Shown here one piece after another: positions 14,935-24,141 of a stretch of DNA of 28,922 nucleotides; within the stretch, counting starts at the first letter, position 1, and each line of letters starts with the position of its first letter. The stretch lies in IMG/VR virus record IMGVR_UViG_3300032329_000181, positions 1 through 28,922 of that record. One strand, written 5' to 3'. The notes beneath the pieces were generated by a model that had not been told where the DNA came from, ran no database searches, and saw only the letters and a program-made list of their open reading frames with translations. The translations under genes and the position numbers were made by a program. The stretch comes from a virus. Lineage: Duplodnaviria > Caudoviricetes.

Positions 14935-17900
14935 CTATCCTTGTGCCTCAGTCCAAGACAATGCAGCACCTGCAGTAATAGAAGAAGAACCAAGATTCTT
15001 TACACAAATAGTAATAGTGTCTGGACCATCAGGGAAGAATCCATCAGCAGTCGTTGTACTACCACCACCAAGAATAGAATTACCAAGAGTGGGTAATCCA
15101 GATATATTAATAGCATCACCAACTCCAGTTACATACCAACCACCAATCAAATCTCCGCCAGGAGTTTGAACGCCAGCAGCACTTACAGTTCCCATTACAT
15201 TTAATGCAGCATGCGGAGCAACCTGTGCAAGACTATTATTAGCAGGTGGAACAGTACTCCATGTAGTTGAAGTAGAAGGCTTACCATTTAAAATAGCAGT
15301 AACATACATGTTTCCAGTAGCAGATGTTGTTGCAACATTTAGACTCTTAAGAACCAACTGTGCTCGGTTAATAAGGTCACGAACACCAAAGTTAGTTGGA
15401 ACACCATTATCTACAGATGGAGCAAGACGCACAGAGAATAATGCATACGTAGGACAACTAAACTGAAGTACTGCATTAGAAAGGGTTGTAGCAATAGGTT
15501 GGTCTACTGTAATTGCAACTCCACTCAAAATACTTGAAATATACGTTGGTGAGGTTGTATTTAACGCTCCACTTCCTGAAACAAATGTAACAAGTTGACC
15601 AACAGTCATACTGCTTGTTGAAGAAAATCCAGATATAGTAGTACTGCCAGCAGTACCATTAGCACCAGTTGCAGTAAAGTTTCCACCAAATGTCCTAGAT
15701 GTAGGCATGGTGTAGTTAATTAGAGCAGCATCAGTATCATCCTTGCGACCCTCCATAAGTACCGAAGTACCCCAATGTGAAAGACTAGGAGAATAGTTTG
15801 GATAAGCTAACTCAACACCAAGCGGTGCAGATGCACTAGCAGTGAATGCTGTAGAAGCATCTCCACCCATAGAAATAGCAGTGAATGCTGTAGTACCTAG
15901 AGAACCAGTAAGCAATGCGCTTGTAGTAATAGTGCCAGTAGTTCCAGTTCCAGCAACAATTTTTGTAATATAAGTATTATCTGGATATGCACAAGTTGAT
16001 GAACGAGCAACAATACGTTGTCCAATTTGCAAACCAGTAATGTCATTTACAATAAATGACCCATACAAAGGAGTTGGTTGAACAGTACTGGAAGCAGTAA
16101 GAGTTTGAGAGCCTGCTTGAACACGAGTAATGCCAGTAAACTTATGAGCACCAGCACCGCCAGTAGTATCTATACCAGTATAGTTAATATGTTCAGTTTT
16201 AGTTTCATCTCTAATAACAAGTGTTCCAGAGGTAGGAAAACCAGTACTATTATTAACAGTAATTGATGTAGCGTCAGTAGCAATGGTAGTTGTTGAATAA
16301 GTTTTAGGAGGATTAGTTACAGTTTCATAACGTGCAGGAAGATTACCTGAACGCATGTATGCTTCATTATTAGTATTATTATTTACAATCTTGTGGCAGT
16401 AAATAATTTTTCCATTAAGATCGCGAACACCAAAACGAATTGCTCCAGCACCATACCAAGAATAGTCAACATAAAACATTTGCATTTTTGTTGTGTCAAT
16501 ATTGTAACCTGAAGGACCAGTACCATCTAACTTATCTATATTGAAAGAACTTGAATTAATGCGAACTTCATTAGTTTTAGTAACAATAACTTCATCAGCA
16601 CTAGGACCACGATATGATGGTTGAATTCTTAAAGTACTATCATCTTGAATAGAAGCAATACGGTAAGAAGAACCACGAATAACAACATAGTCACCAGGCT
16701 TTAACTGAGTAGTAAACTGTGTTGCAGAAATAGCAGAACCAGTAACAAGAGTTGCATCTTTTGTAACACTTACACGTCCAGCAATTTGGAATGTTGAATA
16801 ACGTCGATTAACAGAAAGTGTCTGACCATCATGATTCCAGTATGCACCATTTTGCTGATCAAACATACCAATCTTATTTTCCGCACCATACCAACTAGAA
16901 ACATTAAGGTTAAATTGTCCAGTTACAAATTTACCAGTAAAGGTAGGAAGCGTATTATCAAGTGGACCAATAAATAACATGTTAGGGCCAAAGATTGCAC
17001 TAACAGTATATGTTTTATTAACATCATTACCATCAACAATATCAGCACCAGAAATAGTTACTTTCACACCTGGTTGAATATTGTGCTGTTCTTTAGTTGT
17101 AATGACAATACCCTGAGGAGCATTTTCTTGCTTAATACTATCAACAGCAATAGAAGGCTTCAGCACAATACCAGAAGCCATAGAGATACCTTTACCAGCT
17201 TGGTAACGGAAATACTTACGGGTCTGACGAATCTGTGACTCGTAGTTAGATGCAGCATTGGCAGAGAATATTACTCCACCATCATATGGACGGTGAACTA
17301 CAAGACCCTGTGAACGTGAATAGATCGCACCAGAACCAGTAGTAATAGCAGCACTAGGCTGATTAGGGCAGAAGTAAGTAAATATTTTTGTACTAGGCAC
17401 ACCAGTTACAACAAATGAACCATTAGCAACAGTTCCACCACCAGTCAAACCGTCTACTTCAATTTCATTACCAATAGAAAGACCATGAACATTGGAAAGT
17501 TCAACAGTAATAATTGAACCGTAAGTTGTTAAGTTTGTATATGTTGCAGTAATAGTTCCAAGAGTTCCACCACCAATTCTTGAATTAGTGTAGTAAGAAC
17601 CCTTGAATACAACTACCTTGGAGGAATCAAAGAAATTTGCAATTGTATCTTTAAAGGCAGAACGAGCAGTGTAAGTAAAACTAGTTACACCAGAACCAGA
17701 AACACTATCTACAGTAAATACACCATTTGATTGACTGTAGTAAGTATCTTGCACAGAAATAACGTCACCTGCAGCAAGACCAGAACCAGCAGCAAGAGTT
17801 ACAGTAACAGTACGTGAACCAGCAGTAGAAGCAAAACCAGTAATGCCAGTAACAGCACTAGTAGAAGTAGTGAAAGCATAAGGACGATTATTGGTCATAC

Positions 17901-18294
17901 CAAGGTTTTCCCACTTACCTTGATTTAGACCATACTCAAAATCTGAATCAATAAGTGATTCAATCTGTGATACACGAAGACGGTCAACAGGGTCAACAGA
18001 AGATTCCGCTAGAGCCGTAGCAGCAGTTGAATCATCTACAAAAATTTGTAAGTCATCTGTAGACTTCATGTGCTTAGTATTGGTAAACAATACAATTGTA
18101 GTTTTTTTATCAGATACAGATGCAGAATAACTAGAAGCTTTTAGATCAGTACCAGTTGGATCATAAATAATTCCACCAGATGTAGCATTAACAATACGAG
18201 TAATGTCTTCCGCTGGAATCCATCTGTTAATAACAATAGTTCCTGTTGCTGGAGTAAAGGAATAAGAACCATTATCCAAAATATTGACAGCCAT
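14935..18294 (-). CDS. Large virion structural protein (fibre/spike or decoration) with repeated small beta modules
   Basis: 1119 aa, T/S/G-rich; several (H)GLxxGxxIxV...NGxFxV repeats interrupt a core containing RQTRKYFRYQAGKG and DYSWYGAGAIRFG. Confidence 0.7.
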   Translation of the reverse strand: MAVNILDNGSYSFTPATGTIVINRWIPAEDITRIVNATSGGIIYDPTGTDLKASSYSASVSDKKTTIVLFTNTKHMKSTDDLQIFVDDSTAATALAESSVDPVDRLRVSQIESLIDSDFEYGLNQGKWENLGMTNNRPYAFTTSTSAVTGITGFASTAGSRTVTVTLAAGSGLAAGDVISVQDTYYSQSNGVFTVDSVSGSGVTSFTYTARSAFKDTIANFFDSSKVVVFKGSYYTNSRIGGGTLGTITATYTNLTTYGSIITVELSNVHGLSIGNEIEVDGLTGGGTVANGSFVVTGVPSTKIFTYFCPNQPSAAITTGSGAIYSRSQGLVVHRPYDGGVIFSANAASNYESQIRQTRKYFRYQAGKGISMASGIVLKPSIAVDSIKQENAPQGIVITTKEQHNIQPGVKVTISGADIVDGNDVNKTYTVSAIFGPNMLFIGPLDNTLPTFTGKFVTGQFNLNVSSWYGAENKIGMFDQQNGAYWNHDGQTLSVNRRYSTFQIAGRVSVTKDATLVTGSAISATQFTTQLKPGDYVVIRGSSYRIASIQDDSTLRIQPSYRGPSADEVIVTKTNEVRINSSSFNIDKLDGTGPSGYNIDTTKMQMFYVDYSWYGAGAIRFGVRDLNGKIIYCHKIVNNNTNNEAYMRSGNLPARYETVTNPPKTYSTTTIATDATSITVNNSTGFPTSGTLVIRDETKTEHINYTGIDTTGGAGAHKFTGITRVQAGSQTLTASSTVQPTPLYGSFIVNDITGLQIGQRIVARSSTCAYPDNTYITKIVAGTGTTGTITTSALLTGSLGTTAFTAISMGGDASTAFTASASAPLGVELAYPNYSPSLSHWGTSVLMEGRKDDTDAALINYTMPTSRTFGGNFTATGANGTAGSTTISGFSSTSSMTVGQLVTFVSGSGALNTTSPTYISSILSGVAITVDQPIATTLSNAVLQFSCPTYALFSVRLAPSVDNGVPTNFGVRDLINRAQLVLKSLNVATTSATGNMYVTAILNGKPSTSTTWSTVPPANNSLAQVAPHAALNVMGTVSAAGVQTPGGDLIGGWYVTGVGDAINISGLPTLGNSILGGGSTTTADGFFPDGPDTITICVKNLGSSSITAGAALSWTEAQG

Positions 18295-18575
18295 TAAATT
18301 GCTCCTGTGTTGTGTTGAGATATATGTACATCTAAACGATTTTCTATTTTATCTACTTGATGCATGATATTTTCTAAATTTGTTTTAATTTCAATTGTTG
18401 TTCTAGCAATGTCAGGTAAAGATTTTCCACCATTTGCATCTGGTTGAATTGGATGAGTTTGCTCTTGGATAAAATGTTTCAAAGGAATAACAACAAACCA
18501 TTTACCAAGAACCATTGCTAAACTAAAACATGCTGAAATAATTCCTACTATTAAAGCTTTATCTTGTAACGACAT
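18294..18575 (-). CDS. Single-pass membrane protein with coiled-coil tail
   Basis: Hydrophobic aa ~7-31, then NGGKSLPD and a heptad-like C-terminus. Confidence 0.7.
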   Translation of the reverse strand: MSLQDKALIVGIISACFSLAMVLGKWFVVIPLKHFIQEQTHPIQPDANGGKSLPDIARTTIEIKTNLENIMHQVDKIENRLDVHISQHNTGAI

Positions 18576-18823
18576 TACAAAGCCGTGACTGTGTAACCAG
18601 CAGCTTGAAGATTTGCCGCTTCAGCATTAGATACTTTGTACGTATGACCACCCATGTAATAGACACTTGCAATAGCAATTTCATCTTGAGATGGGTAACG
18701 CATTTCTATATATTCATCATCTATTCTAAGTACGCTAATTCCTTTACGAAAACGCATACGATTAAATAATCGATGACCTGTGTCTACACCTTCTTCAATG
18801 TAGGGTGTTTCAAATTGGTACAT
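18575..18823 (-). CDS. Hypothetical protein downstream of capsid (probably virion-associated)
   Basis: 82 aa; AAAGGA RBS; TAATG coupled to the next gene. Confidence 0.75.
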   Translation of the reverse strand: MYQFETPYIEEGVDTGHRLFNRMRFRKGISVLRIDDEYIEMRYPSQDEIAIASVYYMGGHTYKVSNAEAANLQAAGYTVTAL

Positions 18824-18842
18824 GTTTATCCTTTGCTAACCA

Positions 18843-18884
18843 ACTAGCCCTACCCCCAGTATTACTACTGGGGATAAGACTAGT
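18843..18884 (-). terminator. 19-bp RNA hairpin after the capsid gene (leaky terminator, stabiliser or processing site)
   Basis: Minus strand ACTAGTCTTATCCCCAGTA-GTAA-TACTGGGGGTAGGGCTAGT: fully paired with three G-U pairs, GNRA loop, no U-tract. Confidence 0.7.
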
Positions 18885-18887
18885 GGA

Positions 18888-20159
18888 TTAGTATGTTGAA
18901 ATACTAGATGCACTTTCAATACGGTAAAGAGCTTCTTCACGGTAAACCTTGAAACCAAGGATGCCGTACCAACCAATTGGACGGAAGCGATTGAGCTTAT
19001 CAATCACTGGACCAACAACGGTATGTGGCTCTTCTGCCACAGCCTCAGCAAGAGCCTGCTGACCACAAAGGTATGTTGAGTAAACACGTACCTTTTCAGT
19101 TACAGTACCTGAAGAAGGGAATGTAAGACCAGTTGCTGCTGAAGCAAAGTTATTAATTACTGTAAATGTTGTAGTACTAGGAACAGTAACAACCTGGAAT
19201 GAACCATTAAGTACAGTAGGTGTAGCACCAGCAATAACAACCCAGTCACCAGGAGTAAGACTCTCAGTTGAACGAGCATTTGTGGTAAAGGTAATAACAG
19301 TGTCACCAGCAGTATTGGTTGACTTAACTGGAATTGTGGTTGAACCAGTAATAGCAGTACCAGTATCTAGCAAAGCCTTTCCTTCTACAGCAGCCTGTAG
19401 ACGAGGAGACTCTACAAAGTAAGCGCCTTCAAACGAACCAATTTCTCCAGCCCAGATGTTGCTTGGGTCAGAGTAAACATGTGGATCGCGCCAGTTAGCA
19501 GCAGCACCAGTCTGACCTGATGGTCCAACTTCAGCACGAAGATCGTGTGAAACTTCTGGATGAACAGCAGCGTAGTAAAGATTACCCTTGCGAGGAACAA
19601 CCTTATTGGAACGCAGCTTGGCAACAGCACGACGAATAGAAGCAGCAGTAATTGTATCTGAAGTATCAATACCGCTACGAGTAGTACGTCCACCAACACG
19701 ATAAACCTGAGTACCATTCTGAAGTTCGGTCTGAACAACTTCATCAAGAGAGTCAGCCATGTTGTAAGCCATTGAGTTAGCAAGAAGTGGATCTACCTCA
19801 GCAAGTGAGAAAGTCTGAATCTTACGAGTAGAAATAGCAGCGTTACCATATTCGTTAAGAACAATATTCTTAATGAATGGAGTACCAAATGCTATAGCAT
19901 CAATATCTGGAGTTTCCGCCAGAGTAGAAGTCTGCTTATCAAGATCACGGAAGATCTGAAGAGAGACGGTTGAGCCCGGGATAGACTGATTAGCAGGACG
20001 CTTATCAGCAATCTGACGAAGCATAGGAGTAGCACGAAGCTGAAATTCAATCAGACGGTCATAGGCTTGCTGGATAAGACCAGCACCACCAGATGTACCA
20101 CCGAGAGAAGTTGAGCCAGCTCCAGTATAGACGTTAGTGCCTGTAGTTGTTACAGCCAT
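18888..20159 (-). CDS. Major capsid protein (HK97 fold, N4-gp56-like family) with a ~95-aa insertion
   Basis: LNEYGNA, AAVHPEVSHDLR, GEIGSFEGAYFVES, DKLNRFRPIGWYG motifs; AAGGGG RBS; follows the scaffold gene. Confidence 0.9.
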   Translation of the reverse strand: MAVTTTGTNVYTGAGSTSLGGTSGGAGLIQQAYDRLIEFQLRATPMLRQIADKRPANQSIPGSTVSLQIFRDLDKQTSTLAETPDIDAIAFGTPFIKNIVLNEYGNAAISTRKIQTFSLAEVDPLLANSMAYNMADSLDEVVQTELQNGTQVYRVGGRTTRSGIDTSDTITAASIRRAVAKLRSNKVVPRKGNLYYAAVHPEVSHDLRAEVGPSGQTGAAANWRDPHVYSDPSNIWAGEIGSFEGAYFVESPRLQAAVEGKALLDTGTAITGSTTIPVKSTNTAGDTVITFTTNARSTESLTPGDWVVIAGATPTVLNGSFQVVTVPSTTTFTVINNFASAATGLTFPSSGTVTEKVRVYSTYLCGQQALAEAVAEEPHTVVGPVIDKLNRFRPIGWYGILGFKVYREEALYRIESASSISTY

Positions 20160-20200
20160 AATTATTTCCCCTTATGGGAGTAGTAGATTTACAATGAATT

Positions 20201-20662
20201 TTAGAAACCATTAATCATTGAAATGATTTCCTCTGCACTGCTAGCGTTATTCAAACGTGCATAAACATCGTTTGGATCTTCAATAGCTTGTGCAGCATTA
20301 GTAGCAGCATTAATCTGTCGAAGGACAGTTGTATCTGGTACCTGTTGTGGAGCTTCCTCCACAGTGATGCCAAAGACATCACCAAAGTCTTCTAGCCATG
20401 TACTGATAGCCTCGGCATCAGAACCAATGTCAGAAGGAATAAGTGAGGCAATCTTAGGATTGACACCCTTACTAGTTAAAACGGAACTAACGACAGATTC
20501 GCGTTGGAACTTACGTAATGATTCCAACTCTCCCTCTAGTTCTTTGATACGCTTAGACTTAGCGCGTTCAGCTTTACGAAGATTCTTTACAGCATTATCT
20601 GATTCAAAGTCATCCTCAATATCAAAGATGTCATCGTCTTCGTACCATTCGTTGTTACTCAT
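20201..20662 (-). CDS. Capsid scaffolding protein
   Basis: 153 aa; acidic N-terminus and coiled coil; immediately upstream of the capsid gene; GGGAGA RBS. Confidence 0.75.
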   Translation of the reverse strand: MSNNEWYEDDDIFDIEDDFESDNAVKNLRKAERAKSKRIKELEGELESLRKFQRESVVSSVLTSKGVNPKIASLIPSDIGSDAEAISTWLEDFGDVFGITVEEAPQQVPDTTVLRQINAATNAAQAIEDPNDVYARLNNASSAEEIISMINGF

Positions 20663-20695
20663 CGTAACTTTCTCCCATTTCTTTTTAGTGTAATC

Positions 20696-20776
20696 GCAGA
20701 CCTCATATTAATCGGGGAAACTAATATGGCTTCTACTACCAGTCTTATACTCAACTAGGGGCTGGTGGGTCCTAGC
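20696..20776 (-). promoter_or_regulatory. Candidate structured cis-regulatory RNA (H-type pseudoknot + hairpin) in the scaffold leader
   Basis: Minus strand: GCTAGG/CCTAGT stem whose loop ACCAG pairs with downstream CTGGT; then GTAGA..CATATTAG/TTTCCCCGA/TTAATATG..TCTGC. Confidence 0.55.
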
Positions 20777-20781
20777 GGATT

Positions 20782-21612
20782 CTATAGTGACCCTGGACGG
20801 GTCTTGTTTAGTGAGCCAGTTGTAATACCAGACTGACCTTTAAAAGCAGCACGAGCTTGCGAAGCAAGCTTCTTAGTCTTTGCACCTGCTTGCATACCAA
20901 GGATATTTTCTGATTCAAGTTCTTTTTGAATTTGATCAGGAGAAACTTGTTCATTGTATGTCTGTGCAAGAGCATTAAGTCCTGCTGTTTGAGTAGCAAC
21001 TTTAGACAATCCTTCACGTGCAATAGCACGGCTAACACCTTGTGCAGCAAGGTAACCTGCACCAAGTGCAGATGGAAGTCCAACTTCTTTTTCTGCTGCT
21101 TTAACATCAGCAATACTTAATTTATTCTTTAAGTATTCAGAACCATTTGGACCCAAAAGTAGTGTCTTAGTTAGTTCCATGTCAGTAACACCAGGATACA
21201 TATTGCGAAGTTCGCCAAGCAAAGCCTGATCATCACCAGATACTGCAGATGTTACTTTATTGTAAGCAGCTCCAAAACGTTGTGATAGTTCGTAACCAGA
21301 TACATTGCCACTAATCCATTTAGCTTTGTTTTCCATTGTGTTTAAATCTTTTGCACCAAATGATGCAAGAACTTCATCATAAGCTTTTTCAGTAGAAATG
21401 TACTCTGCTTCAGTCAAAGGGTTCTTACCCTGCTTGCGCAGTTCTTCGTTGCCAGCAAACCTTATCTTGTAAGCATTGCTTTGTCGTACTTGATTAATCG
21501 CAGTTTGATAATTCTTAGTACCATTATCTTGGATAGCCTGCTTAAGAGTATCTGCAAGTTCACCAAGATTGTTTGATATAAGCGTGTTGTAAAGATCCTG
21601 CCAACCAGCCAT
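20782..21612 (-). CDS. Putative internal virion protein (276 aa)
   Basis: Helical, A/Q-rich; AYKIRFAGNEELRKQG motif. ATG 21612 lies 1 nt after the upstream stop, so it is preferred over 21699. Confidence 0.6.
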   Translation of the reverse strand: MAGWQDLYNTLISNNLGELADTLKQAIQDNGTKNYQTAINQVRQSNAYKIRFAGNEELRKQGKNPLTEAEYISTEKAYDEVLASFGAKDLNTMENKAKWISGNVSGYELSQRFGAAYNKVTSAVSGDDQALLGELRNMYPGVTDMELTKTLLLGPNGSEYLKNKLSIADVKAAEKEVGLPSALGAGYLAAQGVSRAIAREGLSKVATQTAGLNALAQTYNEQVSPDQIQKELESENILGMQAGAKTKKLASQARAAFKGQSGITTGSLNKTRPGSL

Positions 21613-21613
21613 A

Positions 21614-22663
21614 CTAAACCATTCCAAACTGAGATAAAAGCTTATTTGTAAAATCATTAATTTCTTCAGTGCCAGGCTTACCATTAGCCCATTCATCACT
21701 ACTACGAATCATTTTTTCTGCAGAATCAATAGTTAATTCTTGGCCATTTTCTTCTTTGCCAGACATCAACTTCTGCATCCATGGATTCTTCATGGTTACT
21801 TCACCACTAGGAACACCTAGCATTTGAGAAATAATTTGCTGGTAGTGTGCTCCAGCATCTCTGGCAGAATCTTTAGATGTAATATTATCTGCGTGAGCAC
21901 CATATGTTTTTTTAGCAATACGAGTAATAAAATCTTTAGAATTGCCAATAGTAATATCTCCTGCAGCAATAGCAGTTACTTGCTTTTTAAACCAGTCACC
22001 ATCAAGAGAGACACCGTTAGCATCAGCCCACTCGGTAAGAATACTTCTATTGTCTCCAGCTTCACCAGTGTAATGCTGTCCACTTTTTTCGTCAGCAATT
22101 GGATCAATCTTTTGCGAAAGCATATTTTTGATTTCAGCATCAGTATAACCAAGACGCAGACTGTCAGATGCAAATGCATTTAATTCTTGTTCACTAAAAT
22201 TGACACCCATTTGACCAGCAATGTCGCCAACAACAGCACGACGAGCACGAGTCTGTGAATTAAATTCTTCACGATCTGTAGCTTGAAGTACTGCAAATTT
22301 ACGAGCAGCTTCATTCTTGCCCTTAAACCAATCGGTTGATTTAAGTGCAGTTAAAAACTTTTCTTTAGACCATTCTTGACCAGTGCGTTCTGCATTCCAT
22401 GCTTGATTAAAAAGATTCTGGAGGCTATCGTCAGTTAAGATTAACCTTCTAGTAAAACCAAAATTAGCAGCAACTTGAGAACTAGTTACCCAACCTTGGT
22501 TATCGTTCCAAATATATTTTTGACCATCTTTGGGTTGAGGAGGTTGTTTCCATACATTACGTTTTTTATCATAAACGTAAGCATCGCCTGGTTTGTCTGC
22601 AGTAGTAGTACGCTTGTAAGTTTTTCCACCTTTAACAAAGGTAGTTTCAATTGTTACTGCCAT
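21614..22663 (-). CDS. Putative internal virion protein
   Basis: 349 aa, mostly helical; in a tightly packed run of large genes upstream of the scaffold. Confidence 0.55.
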   Translation of the reverse strand: MAVTIETTFVKGGKTYKRTTTADKPGDAYVYDKKRNVWKQPPQPKDGQKYIWNDNQGWVTSSQVAANFGFTRRLILTDDSLQNLFNQAWNAERTGQEWSKEKFLTALKSTDWFKGKNEAARKFAVLQATDREEFNSQTRARRAVVGDIAGQMGVNFSEQELNAFASDSLRLGYTDAEIKNMLSQKIDPIADEKSGQHYTGEAGDNRSILTEWADANGVSLDGDWFKKQVTAIAAGDITIGNSKDFITRIAKKTYGAHADNITSKDSARDAGAHYQQIISQMLGVPSGEVTMKNPWMQKLMSGKEENGQELTIDSAEKMIRSSDEWANGKPGTEEINDFTNKLLSQFGMV

Positions 22664-22665
22664 GA

Positions 22666-24141
22666 TTAACCTAACTGACTAGCATTTGTAGGAGCTAAAG
22701 CTTCCATCAAATAACCAAAATATTTATTTTCCTTGGCATTCTTTTCTGCCCCAGGTTGAGCAAGTGCTGATTCTCGCAATAAAGCTTGAGCAACATATCC
22801 ACCAGGTTGTCCTACGCCACCACCACTAGTAAGAGTTTCTGCATTAGTACCTTGACCAGTGTATGTATCAGTTTGTGGATTTGTTTTCTCATATGCACGT
22901 AACTTATCCAAGAAATCATTTAGTTCTGAATCACTAGCACCACGACCAATAGTCGCTTGAAACAATTGGTCAATTGCAATTTCATATTCTTCAGGACGAA
23001 AACTTTGATGCTGTACTACAGTTCCATTATTACCATTACCAATGGCAGCAGTACTAGGTAGTTTTGCACCGCTTCTTAAATACCCATCAAAATTAATAAG
23101 AGAAACATCTTTATTTTTATTCTGACGAATGCGTGTCATGTTTGCAGCACTTGTAGCAGAAAGAATGTTCTGCACTGCACCACGAGTAGTAGCATCAACA
23201 ACATCACCCATTTGCATAGCCCTAGCAGCAACAGCATCTGAAGGGTAGCCACCTCTGTCTGCAAGCATTTGCTTTAGTTCAGTTATTCCACCAGGTCGTT
23301 GACGATAACGTTCAATGGTATGATCTATAAACTCTTGAGCACCTACTGGAGATCCTGCTTTGTAAGCAGCTTCACCACTTGTGCTTGGAATGTATTTACC
23401 ATTAGTATCTCCAACTATAAATACGTGTGCATCTGCATTGTTGTTACCATTCCACCAAAATACTTGATTACCCTGGGCATCTAACCCATCATAAACATTT
23501 GTCAACCCATTACTTCTGCGTGCATCAGTAATTGTTGGAGTTCTATCTAAAGAATCTTTTTTAGCCTGTTCCTCTGGGGACAAAGGAGGTGTAACAAAAG
23601 AATCACCAGCAGTTGGGACTGTAGTTTCAGGACCAAAAGTTTTAGGCTTTAAAAACTTTATACTTTTATCTGGATTGTCCGAAGCTACTGTGTAAAGAAA
23701 GTTACTATCAAAATCTTTTTGAGGATTAAATGTTCCGCCACCTGGCATAGCAACTGGTTTACCATAATTAAGGACATCAAGAAAACTTACTTTATATTTT
23801 TTCTCAAAACCTTTAGCTAAAGCAAGAACTTTTTTCTTATCTTCTTCATAATATTGTTTATCTTGTGGTGTTGCATTAGGTTGAAGAGCATCTTGATAAG
23901 AGGTCTGAAGAAAGTCATATAGTTGACCAAATGTTTTAGGATCTGCAAAACCATTTCCCACAATAGAAGGATCAGTAAATTCATACAATGCAATAAAAAG
24001 ATTCTTCTGATGCGCAGCACCAGCAGCACCTTCAGTCTTACGTCGCTGTTCTTCTGCAGCAGCTTTCTTGGCAGCAGCGGCTTCACGTTCACGACGTTTG
24101 CGCTCACGTTCTAGAGTAGGGTCTTTTATCTCATTACCCAT
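22666..24141 (-). CDS. Putative internal virion protein
   Basis: 491 aa; charged N-terminal helix; TAATG coupled to the giant upstream gene. Confidence 0.55.
   Translation of the reverse strand: MGNEIKDPTLERERKRREREAAAAKKAAAEEQRRKTEGAAGAAHQKNLFIALYEFTDPSIVGNGFADPKTFGQLYDFLQTSYQDALQPNATPQDKQYYEEDKKKVLALAKGFEKKYKVSFLDVLNYGKPVAMPGGGTFNPQKDFDSNFLYTVASDNPDKSIKFLKPKTFGPETTVPTAGDSFVTPPLSPEEQAKKDSLDRTPTITDARRSNGLTNVYDGLDAQGNQVFWWNGNNNADAHVFIVGDTNGKYIPSTSGEAAYKAGSPVGAQEFIDHTIERYRQRPGGITELKQMLADRGGYPSDAVAARAMQMGDVVDATTRGAVQNILSATSAANMTRIRQNKNKDVSLINFDGYLRSGAKLPSTAAIGNGNNGTVVQHQSFRPEEYEIAIDQLFQATIGRGASDSELNDFLDKLRAYEKTNPQTDTYTGQGTNAETLTSGGGVGQPGGYVAQALLRESALAQPGAEKNAKENKYFGYLMEALAPTNASQLG

Noticed and set aside
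7808-18294. Diversity-generating retroelement acting on the fibre genes
   Set aside because: No reverse transcriptase and no near-identical template/variable repeat pair noticed; the repeats are diverged and visible only at protein level.
19412-19783. 123-aa Leu-rich alternative-frame ORF in the capsid gene as a frameshift product
   Set aside because: Leu/Val richness is the expected off-frame reading of codons ending in T; no slippery site identified. The same applies to 20808..21113, 11994..12275 and 23817..24107.
21613-21699. Extended start for the 305-aa ORF
   Set aside because: It would overlap the upstream gene by 86 nt; ATG 21612 directly follows the upstream stop.
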